This document shows positions 44,501 to 56,500 of a stretch of DNA of 64,000 nucleotides, piece by piece. Under the pieces are notes generated by a model. It was not told the DNA's origin, did not search any database, and saw only the letters and a program-made list of their open reading frames with translations. Made by a program: the position numbers and the translations under genes. The first letter of the stretch is position 1. The number at the start of each line of letters is the position of its first letter. The DNA comes from Macrostomum hystrix (taxonomy: Eukaryota; Animalia; Platyhelminthes): contig CATNEN010000007.1 of assembly GCA_950097015.1 (NCBI GenBank), forward strand, positions 12,338,001-12,402,000, read 5' to 3'.

Positions 44501-47500
44501 CCCTACTCACTGACCCACCCAACTCACTGACCCACCCTACTCACTGACCCACCCTACTCACTGACCCACCCTACTCACTGACCCACCCTACTCACTGATC
44601 CACCCTACTCACTGATCCACCCTACTCACTGACCCACCCTACTCACTGACCCACCCTACTCACTGACCCACCCTACTCACTGACCCACCCTACTCACTGA
44701 CCCACCCTACTCACTGACCCACCCTACTCACTGACCCACCCTACTCACTGATCCACCCAACTCACTGACCCACCCTACTCACTGACCCACCCTACTCACT
44801 GACCCACCCTACTCACTGACCCACCCTACTCACTGACCCACCCTACTCACTGACCCACCCTACTCACTGACCCACCCTACTCACTGACCCACCCTACTCA
44901 ATGACCCACCCTACTCAATGACCCATCCTATACTCACTGACCCACCCTACTCACTGACCCACCCTACTCAATGACCCACCCTACTCACTGACCCACCCTA
45001 CTCACTGACCCACCCTACTCACTGACCCACCCTACTCACTGACCCACCCTACTCACTGACCCACCCTACTCACTGACCCACCCTACTCAATGACCCATCC
45101 TATACTCACTGACCCACCCTACTCACTGACCCACCCTACTCAATGACCCACCCTACTCACTGACCCACCCAACTCACTGACCCACCCTACTCACTGATTA
45201 ACCCGCAGCTGAAGAAGCAGGGCTTTCGCTGGCCGCAGCCCAGCCGCAGCGGTCTGATGGCGAACGACTTCCTGGAGCCCGGCGTGTACCACTACTCAGA
45301 CTTCAACCACCAGGAGGCCGCCGCCTACATCGGCACTATCATCGTGAAGGTAAAGCCGCAGGAGCACCGGGTCCAGCTGAACTCCGACGGCTTCACGCCA
45401 GACCTGCTGCAGCTGGCGGTGAACGAGCGGGTCTGGTGGGTCTGGGACCCCAAAGAGATGCCGCCGGCCTTCAGCATCGCTGAGGCTGGCCTGGCCCTTG
45501 CCGGCGGGGAGTCGCTCAGCTCCGGCGAGGGATGCGACGAAGGTGAGTCGTTGGAGCGGATTCCAGGGAGGGACGATGCCCCTACCTGCTAAATGAGATG
45601 CAGGGAGGTCAGAATCGAGAGATGCAGGGAGGTCAGTATTGAGAGATGCAGGGAGGTCAGAATCGAGAGATGCAGGGAGGTCAGAATCGAGAGATGCAGG
45701 GAGGTCAGAATCGAGAGATGCAGGGAGGTCAGAATCGAGAGATGCAGGGAGGTCAGAATCGAGAGATGCAGGGAGGTCAGTATCGAGAGATGCAGGGAGG
45801 TCAGAATCGAGAGATGCAGGGAGGTCAGTATTGAGAGATGCAGGAAGGTCAGAATCGAGAGATGCAGGGAGGTCAGAATCGAGAGATGCAGGGAGGTCAG
45901 AATCGAGAGATGCAGGGAGGTCAGTATCGAGAGATGCAGGGAGGTCAGAATCGAGAGATACAGGGAGGTCAGTACCGACATATGAAGGGAGGTCAGTACC
46001 GAGAGATTAAGGGAGGTCAGTACCGTGAGATTAAGGGAGGTCAATAGCGAGATATGAAGGGAGGTCAGTACCGTGAGATGCAGGGAGGTCAGTACCGAGA
46101 GATGCAGGGAGGTCAGTACAGAGAGAGAAATAGGTATTATGAAGTACAGAGAGCGATAATGTCAGTACCGAGATGTGAAGGCAACATCGACCTGCATTCT
46201 CCCCGCCAGGTCAGTGCCAGCAGTTGGACGACGCATCTCTGGAGGCTTTCGCCAGCATGGGCGCCCTGATGGTGACGCCCGCCCACGCGTCGGTGCAGCA
46301 CTTCAAGCTGAACAATGCGCCCAACAGTCTCGCCTCCTCCACCCTCATTGCGGTGCCGGGGCCTCGGGTGAGCTGACGGACTGAGGCGGGTTCAAGGTGG
46401 TGTTCAGGGATTAGCTGACGGACTGAGGCGGGTTCAAGGTGGTGTTCAGGGATTAGCTGAGGGACTGAGACGGGTTCAAGGTGGTGTTCAGGGATTAGCT
46501 GAGGGACTGAGACGGGTTCAAGGTGGTGTTCAGGGATTAGCTGAGGGACTGAGACGGGTTCAAGGTGGTGTTCAGGGATTAGCTGACGGACTGAGGCGGG
46601 TTCAAGGTGGTGTTCAGGGATTGGCTGAAGGACTGAGGCGGGTTCAAGGTGGTGTTCAGGGATTGGCTGAAGGACTGAGGCGGGTTCAAGGTGGTGTTGG
46701 GAGCTTCAGGGATGAGTTCAGGAAAGTTTTGCTTACACATTGTGGAACCCGCCCGCCGCAGAACCACACCGTCACCATCACGGAGACGGGCTTCGAGCCC
46801 AAGAAGCTGTCCGTATGCAGCGGAGACCTGGTCTGGTGGGTCTGGCAGCGCCCGGACCGCCTGCACAATGTGCTGCAGGTGTCGCCGGAGGGCCGTCCGC
46901 TGGACGACGGCTTCCAGAGTGGCGCCGTGTCGGACCCGCCCTGCGCCTTCATGCACCGCTTCGAGCGCCCGGGCCTCTATCACTTCAGCAGCGAGGGGCT
47001 TCAGGGCATCCTAGGCACCGTGGTCTGCCGCTCAGCCTGCCGGGTTCACCAGGTTCAGGTGGGCAGCACCGGACTCAGCCCCGACCCCGTGGTGGCCACC
47101 GTGAATGACCTGGTAGCCTGGGTGTTTCGCGGCCTGCGCACCCACGATGTAGTGAACATCGCCGCAATGGGCGACCTTATGGATGCGCAGCACCGATCTC
47201 AGGTGAGATGGGTCACGGGTGAGCAGGTGGTCAGCTGGTGAACTGGGTTGTGAATGCAGGTGGTCAGCTGTTGAACTGGGTTGTGAATGCAGGTGGTCAG
47301 CTGTTGAACTGGGTTGTGAATGCAGGTGGTCAGCTGGTGAACTGGGTTGTGAATGCAGGTGGTCAGCTGGTGAACTGGGTTGTGAATGCAGGTGGTCAGC
47401 TGGTGAACTGGATCCAAAAACTACCGCACCCGTCCCGCAGGGTCTGACACCGCGCCGGTGCATGGAGCGCGCCTTCGCGGAGGTCGGCACCTTCAACTTC

Positions 47501-50500
47501 ACCAGCCGCGCCTTCCTGCAGCTGGGCGCCAACAAGGAGGCCCCGATGGACGAGACTCGCATCAGCTCCGTGATCGTCTGCGAGCCGCAGGACCACACCA
47601 CCGTGCGCCTGACAGCCGGCGCCGGCTTCTTCCCGGCCGCCGTCACAGTCGTTCTGGGCGACAGCGTTCTTTGGGACTGGAGCGATGCGCCCGAGACTGA
47701 GGAGCACAACATCGTGAATGTGAACCCACCTAACAGTGCTGTGAGTACCTGCTGGCACCTGCTGGCACCTGCTGGCTCCACTCCCGAACCCTTTAGTCCC
47801 ATCGGACACTCTCTAAACTTGGCAGCCATCGCCCTCCACGCAGGCGCCTCTCAGCACCGTGAACGGCGACTTATCCTTCAACAGCGGTCGCGCCAGCCGC
47901 CGCAGCAGCTTCCTGTACACCTTCACCCGGCCCGGCATGTTCTGCGTGGCCTCCGTTGGCGCACCCGGCCGTAGCGGCTCCGTGCTGGTGCTGCCCGAGT
48001 CGGACAGGACCCCTGCGCCCAAGATAGTCTCTTTCCACGAGGGCGGCACGGTTGCCATGGGAACCGTGGTTCGGCTCGAGTGTCGCGACCCCAAAGCTGT
48101 CATTCTCTACACAATGGACGGCACGCCGCCGCTGATGCACCGACCCGGAGTGAAGGTGCGAGAGAAAATTTGAATTCAGCTTGAGGTTGCTTGAGGCGTG
48201 ACCTGAGGTTGCTTGAGGTGTGACCTGAGGTTGCTTGAGGTGTGACCTGAGGTTGCTTGAGGCGTGACCTGAGGTTGCTTGAGGTGTGACCTGAGGTTGC
48301 TTGAGGCGTGACCTGAGGTTGCTTGAGTTGGGGCTTGAGAACAAACAAAATTTTTAAGCTCAGCTCTCCACCTGTCCTACCGGTGTGCTAACAAATTTTG
48401 AGCACCATCTACATGCATCCACCGTGCTCAGGAAGTTGAGAGTCGATCCGGGACAGACTCTGATCCGCTATTTCAGATGCTGAAAGGCGAGCGGCCGCTT
48501 GCCAGCGACGATGACCCGTCGGCCAGTGTAAGGACTGGGTCAAGGCCCGCCTTCCCTCTCTTGTCACCTGGAGAACATTGCCTAGCACGCACAGTGTTTG
48601 CGAGGCCCAGCTTTTTTGGCCCTGGCCGTGTGCTGCAATTCACTGCCTTGCTCACCTGCAGAGTGCAGTTTAGCATCCGGTTTCTCATGTTTGTTTTACT
48701 CGTAATCAAACAAAACAATCTCACTTTCTTGAATTCTCACTTTCGACGTTGTCTATGGCATCTCCTTCAAGTGACAGGTTGTGCAAGGAAATTTATCCCC
48801 GTTCGCTGGCCATTCGCAGGTGTACCAGACCTGGGAGCCGCTGAAGTTGCGCAAGCTGGGCATTGTGTTCGTCAGGGCGATGGCGGTGGCGCCCAACCGA
48901 CAGCCGTCTGACATTTTCACCTCCCGGTGAGTGACATTGCGGATTAGTGAAATAAGTTCATCAGCATTTCACCCAGCATTTCACCCAGCATTTCAACCAG
49001 CATTTCACCCAGCATTGCACCCAGCATTTCACCCAGCATTTCACCCAGCATTTCACCCAGCATTTCACCCAGCATTTCACCCAGCAATTGAACCAGCATT
49101 TCAACCCATCCTTGCACCGCATTAGCCGGTTCTGGGTGGTGGACTCTGGAGCCGGAGGCGAAGAAGACGCCGAGTCCGAGGTCGAGTCCGAGGTGCCCGT
49201 GGCTGAAGCGGTCGGCAAAGTGGAGCCAGGCCCTATGGTGAGTGACAATGGGAGTGACATTCTCCTCTAGAATTATAGACAGCAAAGAGTGATAGTCTGA
49301 GTGACATTATCCATATATAATCCTATGAATATTCTAGACAGTGAAGAGTGACAATGGGTGTGACATTAGCAATGAATATCTAGACAGTATCTAGACAGTG
49401 AATGAAATCTAGACAGTGAAGAGTGACAATGGGAGGGATTCTTTATGAGAGAAATCTAGACAGTAGGGATTGAGATCAGTTGCGATTTGTCCGAGAGAAA
49501 TCTGAGCAGTACACTGACAGCCTGTGGCCCGCCTTGCCGCTGACCCTCAGAGCGAGTCCTGGAAGTGGTTCAACTGCGTGCCCTCCGTGAAGATGCTGCA
49601 CGTGGTGGACGGTACGGTGGAGATATTCTGGCAGCCGATGGCCGACGGCCTCACGGAGATGCTGGCAGGCTACCGCCTGATGCTCAACGGCGTCTCCTAC
49701 GGCGGCGTCCTGTTGCCTAGCAACAGCTGCCTGCAGGCGTCTGGCCTGGCGGCCGGCCAGATCTACAGCATCTGGCTTGAAGCCCTGCCAAGGGATGGCG
49801 TGGCCTACCAGCCTCACAAATCTAACAAACTGGTGAGCCGCTACGGCTGCAACTGGTGCAGCTGGAGATTTAATTGTTGCAGCTGGAGATTTAATTGTTG
49901 CTGCTGGAGTTTTAATTGTTGCAGATGGAGATTTAATTGATGCAGCTGGAGATTTAATTGATGCAGCTGGGGTTTTAATTGATGCAGCTGGAGTTTTAAT
50001 TGATGCAGCTGGAGATTTAATTGTTGCAGCTGGAGATTTAATTGTTGCTGCTGGAGTTTTAATTGTTGCAGATGGAGATTTAATTGTTGCAGCTGGAGAT
50101 TTAATTGATGCAGCTGGGGTTTTAATTGATGCAGCTGGAGTTTTAATTGATGCAGCTGGAGATTTAATTGTTGCTGCTGGAGTTTTAATTGTTGCAGATG
50201 GAGATTTAATTGTTGCAGCTGGAGATTTAATTGATGCAGCTGGAGTTTTAATTGTTGCAGATGGAGATTTAATTGTTGCAGCTGGAGATTTAATTGATGC
50301 AGCTGGGGTTTTAATTGTTGCAGTTGGGGTTTTAATTGTTGCAGTTGGGGTTTTAATTGTTGCAGATGGAGATTTAATTGATGCAGCTGGGGTTTTAATT
50401 GTTGCAGCTGGAGTTTTAATTGTTGCAGCTGGGGTTTTAATTGTTGCAGCTGGGGTTTTAATTGTTGCAGCTGGAGTTTTAATTGTTGCAGCTGGAGATT

Positions 50501-53500
50501 TAATTGATGCAGCTGGAGTTTTAACTGTTGCAGTTGCAACTGTTGCAGCTGGATTTCCATTATCAAATCATTACACATATGATCCGGGTTTTAATTGCGA
50601 TTTCATTTCAACTCAATCCGCTCACTTTCAACCTTCTCAGGCCTTCGAGTGTCCCCTGGCCACCTCAGTAAACGGGCCGCTGGTGTCTCTGCAGCTGAGC
50701 AGCAAGCCCAGCACCATCACTCTGGTGTGGGGGGCGCTCGCAGCCTCCGACTACTCGCTGCGGGGCTACAAGGTGACGCTGAACGGGCGGCAGTGCGGCA
50801 AGCTGGTCACGCCTGAGGCGGGCAACAAGCGCTGCAAGGTAGTCATCGAGGGCTGCACCCTCAATGCCGACTACTCGATCATTGTGTCCGCAGTCAGGGC
50901 TGATGCCTCCGGTGAGCAGGCCTCTCTCTGTTGCTTCATTATTGAGAGATTAATAAGATCAGGCTGTAGATTAAGACAAGAGAAATGAGTGGGAAAATTG
51001 CGACACGCAACTTAACAAAAAAGACGGATGAAAGGATTATTTAGATGATGCGATGATAAGTGAGGCAAGTGATGGGATTAGTGACACAGATGATGGGATT
51101 AGTGAGACAGATGATGGGATTAGTCAGACAAGTGATGAGATTAGTGAGACATGTGATGGGATTAGTGAGACATGTGAGAGTATTAGTGAGACAGATTATG
51201 GGATTAGTGAGACAGATGATGGGATTAGTGAAACATGTGATGGGATTAGTGAGACAGTTGAGACATTTCCTAAGGCTGAATCACCCCCTGGACCCCCTGG
51301 CCTCCGAACCAGGCGAGATTTCAGAGCTGCCGTCGAACAAGCTGGAGTTTCGCCTGCCTCTGAACACGGAGTCCGTGGTGCCACCAGCCGGAGCCAGCCT
51401 GCTGCAGTCCGACGAGCTGTCCGAGTTCGTCTTCGTGGCCGAGGGCGTCGGCTACCACCGAATGCCGGCGGAGCAGCTGGAGGCCATCCAGAACGCCGAC
51501 AGGCGGGCCATCGAGAAGGAGAAAGTGGCCGAAGAGGCGGGTGGCGAACCCAGCAACAGCAGCGGCAGCAGCAGCCGAAGAAGCTCCATCGCTGTGCAGA
51601 AGCCGGTCGAAGAGGCTGATGAAGGTGAGCAGTGCTCAGTCGAACTTAGCTGCTTAAAGTGGCTTCTGAGCTAACCATAAATCTTAATTTGAGCATTTTC
51701 GAAAATCACGGGCTAATCAATCATGCTGCTCGATGCCTCCTGTTTCTTAGTAACTGTTCCTCATCAACAGGCGTTTGAGAGTTTACTGAAGTTCTCGCTT
51801 CTTTTGCTATAGATTTCTGAAATCCTTTACTAACAGCACAATTGATACCCAATAACTCTATTAATTTCACTGAACCTTTGCACTCTAGTTTGGTGTGGGA
51901 ATGTTTCGCAATGCGCATTGCAGAGAACCTGCAGCAGCAGCAGCAGCAGCAGCAGCAGCCGCAGCAGCAGCAGCAGCAGATCAAGAGAGAGGCCAGGCCT
52001 TCGGATAGTGAGTTTAGTTCTGAGAGCGACTCTGAGGGTGCGAATGCCGAAACCAAAGTCAAGAAGCAGCAGCAGCAGCAGCCGACATCCCAGATTGAGG
52101 AAGTGCCGCTGATGGAGGACGCGGAATTCAACAAGCGGGAACTGCCGCCGCACGCCAGATTCAGCAGCAACAGCAGCAGCAGCGGTAGCAGCTCGCCCCG
52201 CTCATTGTCGCCCCCGCCGCCGCAAAAGAATCAGGAGAAAAAAGACAAGAAAAATAAAAGTGCGGTCGCTGCGCCGTCACTCTCGCCGTCTCCTCCGCCG
52301 CTGCCAGCCGCGGCTGTTTTGGTAAGCCAGCAGCAGCAGCAGCAGCAGCAACTGAAACATTCTTCACATGCCAAGGAAGCAGGTAAGAAAACTGTCACAA
52401 ACTGACCTTCATTTCTAGAGTTCCCGGTTACGAAATCACTAAAGCAGTAACAAATTTCTAATCCTACTAGCGCAAAATGTGTATTGCCTTCTTTGTATTT
52501 GCGTGGAGAAGCTTTTGATAAATGAATTTCATTTAGAATGTGCAGAACTGTACACATTTGTCTATGGTCCCAACGCAGTCCCGACTGAGATCCAGGTCGC
52601 GCTGGACGACGAAGCCTTCGACGTTGTGGCGACTCCAGCGTCATCGTCGGCGAGAAAGCCGCGCCCGCGCGGTGCCTCTCAGAAGCCGCCGATTTACAGG
52701 GCAGCGCACAGGAAATTCGGCGCTGCCCTGGTCACAGGTATCCCCCACATGTCCGCTCAGCACCTGCTTCACTTCAGTGCAAATTGGTTGCCTGAGGGCA
52801 CGCCTGATCCCTCAAAAGAATAAAAACTTTAGTTTATTTTGTCATCACAGTTAAGCCCTTGCTGTCACCAATGGCTTGCACCAGTGTTGTTTTAATTGAG
52901 ACTGGTTTGTGTGCAAAATGGCCCGATGAAGTGCCATATTAGTTGGTGCTTATTTTCTGAGTGAGGCGGGTGTATACATAGTGAGGTGGGTGTATACAGA
53001 GTGAGGTGGTGTATTCGGAGTAAGGTGGGTGTATACATAGTGAGGTGGGTGTATACAGAGTGAGGTGGGTGAATGCGGAGTGAGGTGGGTGTATACATAG
53101 TGAGGTGGGTGTATACAGAGTGAGGTGGGTGAATACGGAGTGAGGTGGGTGAATACGGAGTGAGGTGGGTGTATACAGATTGAGGTGGGTGTATTCGGAG
53201 TGAGGTGGGTGTAGATGGAGTGTGGTGGGTGAGTATGAAGGGAGGTGGTTAAAAAGGGATCTAGGTGGCTGAAAACTGGTTGCTTTAAGCACTAATATAA
53301 ACGATTTGTACAAATGATAGTTTTTCATGCTACAATCAAATTTTCTGTCAGTTTTTTTAGTCTACCACAAGAAATGATTAGGATCAGCCTTCCTGGATTC
53401 TGCGTCACTGTCACATTTAGTAATTAGACTCAACCATGCCTTTTAAGTCTTAAATAGTTATGCTAATTATTACTTCGCAGACACCGTGGTGGAGCTCGCA

Positions 53501-56500
53501 GATGCTGAGCCAGCGAAGGAGACCCTGGCATCCAGCGGAGCGGCTGTCGGAGTCACGGCCTTGGCGGCGGCTGCAGTTGCGCCAACGATGGAGTCGGCAA
53601 CCGCGCTGCCGGTGCCGGTGGTGCAGGTGCTGGCTGACGCGGACCACCCGGATTGGGTGCGCGTGGCCTGGGAGTTCTCTCGCCCGCTGGCGCACCAGTT
53701 CAGGCACGAGGTCAGCACTGTCAGCGTGACCGGCCGCGCCTTCTCGTCACGGGTGAACTCGGACATGAGCTTCACCTCGGAGGCGGACGGCGTGGTGCAC
53801 ACTTGGAACTGCACGGGCGGCGAGCGGGACTGCCTGTGCCGCGGTCTGGCCATCGGCTGCGACTACAGGTGCGACCCGGGATTGAAAAAGCCCTCAGATA
53901 CCTTCCCTAAAGACTGATATTCATGGAAAAGACCCCAACGAGGCCTACCCTCCGCCCGCCTCTGCGCAGGATCTTCGTAACGGCCAGCTTCTCCCAGCTG
54001 GACAGCTCCGGCGTCGGGCAGGCGGAGCTCAGCACGAAGTCGGCCGTCTGCGACTTCACCACGGCCGGACCGCCGGACCCGCCGATTCTCACCGTCCAGA
54101 GCGTGGACGTCAACCAGGTGGTGGTGGCCTGGCGGCCCGGCCGGGCCTACGGCGGCGAGGACCTGGTGGGCTATCGGCTGCTCATTGACGGCGAGCCGCA
54201 GGGCGGGCAGCTGCCTGCGCAGACTACACAGACGACACTGGAGCCGCTGCAGCCGGGCCGGACAGTGTCCGTGTCGGTGGTGGCGGTGGCCGGCCGGTCC
54301 AAGCGGGCCAGCCAGCCGTCCAACTCTGTCCGGGTCAGCTGTCCGAGACGCCCGGAGCCGCCGGAGCTGTCCGAGCAGCCGGCCAGCGCCGAGGGCGCCG
54401 TCATCGTGGCCTGGCCGGGCGAGGCGGCCACGGGGCCTCAGGAGGAGGACGTCAGCAAGTACAGGTGCACAGGGGCTCGGCAGTGGGGGCACATTTTCCC
54501 TGGGGGCAGGTTTTTCTGCGACTAAAGACATAATCGGGAAATTTCTGGAATTCCCCTTCCCTGTTACTTCGCCCTTGCAATCAAAGCTTGAAAGCCAGTT
54601 TTTCCACAATTTTCTCCATTCAGGGTGTTCGTCGACGAGAAATGGCACGGCGAGCTGAAGGCCTCCCCAGGCCGGCGCACCTACACTTATTACCTGTCCG
54701 ACCTGCAGCCCGGCGTGGTCTACGATGTGCAGGTCAAGGCGATCGCCGGTCACAAAAATGTAAGCACCGAGCATGCTACTCATAGTAGTTTGCAGTTGGA
54801 AGCTTCTGAAACATTCCCGCACTGCCGTGAAAATCAGGTGGACTCCGGCTCGGATCACGTGTTCTGCCTGTGCGAGAGCGAGCTCAGCGCCCCGCTGAGC
54901 GTCAGCTGCTCCGCCCCGCCTATCAGCCCGGCGCTGCGAGTCGAGTCCATGACGGAGGAGGGCCTGGAAGTATCCTGGTCCGTGCCGCAGCAGTTCGGCG
55001 AGGCCCAGATCTCGGTGAGTCCAAGATGCGGCCCACTTGCGGTTAAAATAACTGTTGGAAGCAAGGTGGAGTGAGGTGGCTGACTAGGAGGTGGCTGTCA
55101 AGGGAGCAAGGCGGAGTGAGGTGACTGACAGGGAGTGAGATGGCTGTCTAGGGAGTGAGGTGGCTGTCTAGGGAGTGAGGTGGCTGTCTAGGGAGTGAGG
55201 TGTCTGTCTAGGGAGTGAGGTGTCTGTCTAGGGAGTGAGGTGTATGTCTAGGGAGCGAGTGGCTGACTAGGAGGTGGCTGTCAAGGGAGCAGGGCGGAGT
55301 GAAGTGACTGACTAGGGAGTGAGGTGGCTGTCTAGAAAGTGAGGTGGCTGTCTAGAAAGTCAGGCGGCTGTCTAGGAAGCGAGGTGGCTGACAAAGGAGC
55401 GGTCAGTGATATTATCAACTGAATCGCTGGACCAGGGCTATCAAATGCTTCGCGACGGTGAGCCCTACGGCTCAGTGCTGCCTCCGGACGCCACCTCCTT
55501 CCGGCTGCGCGACCTGACGCTCGGCCAGCGGCTGACGCTGCAGTTGGTGGCGTTGACGGCTCACGCGGTGGGCCGCGGCGAGGAGTCGGCCGAGGGCGCC
55601 GTGGAGCTCGGCCAGTTCAACCGGTGCACGCCGGGCCCAGCCTTGGTGGTGAACTACACGGGCCTGGTGCTGGCGCCCGCAAGGGTCTGGTGCGATGACG
55701 TCACCGGCCACTCGGCCACCGTGGCCTGGACGAGAAGTGAGTTTGGCGATGCTGGAGCCTAAAAGTTGCTGCTGATTTTCTATATTCACGATCAAAAAGA
55801 CAAAAATAATTTTAAAGCACAGTAAAAATCATTTTGAGAGAAACGAATGATTGCTCTTTAGTTAAAACACATCGACCGGTTCAGAACCGAGGTCCTGAGC
55901 TCGAATCCGTGGCGAGGCCACACATTTGGGGCGCAGTCGCGTAGGAAGAGCTTGGGGGCTTGTCGTGCAATTTACGCCCTCTTAGAATTAAGCTTGCCAA
56001 AGCACAGTGAGAGTGCACACTGCCTGACAATGAGAAAGTCGGGGCAGATGGACACACCCTGGGTTGTTATTATTATGAGCGTAGTTTTGTTATTTTTTGC
56101 ATGCAGCGTAGCCTACTAACAAGTAGTGCCTAAAGAAAGTACTAAAACAATCAGTCTGCGGTGCCGCTAACAGTCTTCATCTTTCACTGGGCAGTTCACT
56201 TGTGTGCTTTTTGCATTTTCTAATCACTAACTTTCACAGACAAGCGATTGAGGTCTGCTAAGCCTGCCAGACGAAAGTAGACATGACTCAGGACTTGAGA
56301 TGCTCGGCCCGACCAAATATTGCTGACAACCATTACAAACAGGCACTCTGACCCGCCTGACAACAGGAACACACTCGCTGCTCTGCAAACTGTTCCAGAA
56401 GGGTTTTCACCATAGACTAGTGGCTCATTCGTGCATTCGCAAAAGAACCGTTTTGGACATGGATGAGATAAGAGAGGTCGAGATTAGAAAGTGTGAGATT

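Larger units (their letters stand above)
41971..48000 (+). other. Domain block: seven cupredoxin/plastocyanin-fold-like repeats
   Basis: Recurring pattern V-x-I-xxx-GF-x-P-xx-L-x-V-xx-GD-x-V-x-W...HNV...F-xx-PG-x-Y/F (e.g. TVTITETGFEPKKLSVCSGDLVWWVW...HNVLQV...FERPGLYHF). Confidence 0.75.
48000..49140 (+). other. Domain: Fn3-associated / chitobiase-beta-hexosaminidase C-terminal-like
   Basis: PAPKI...GG...VRLEC...AVILYTMDGTPP...VY...VRAMAV...S matches the I-x-YT-x-DG-x-P signature. Confidence 0.7.

Noticed and set aside
41971-48000. Giant gene as a multicopper oxidase or blue-copper protein
   Set aside because: No HxH trinuclear-site pattern or HCH motif, and no Cys-His-Met type-1 loop in any repeat.
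49841-50578. 245-aa Gln/Leu coiled-coil ORF on the minus strand
   Set aside because: Translation of a 21-bp intronic minisatellite; the heptad period follows from the unit length.
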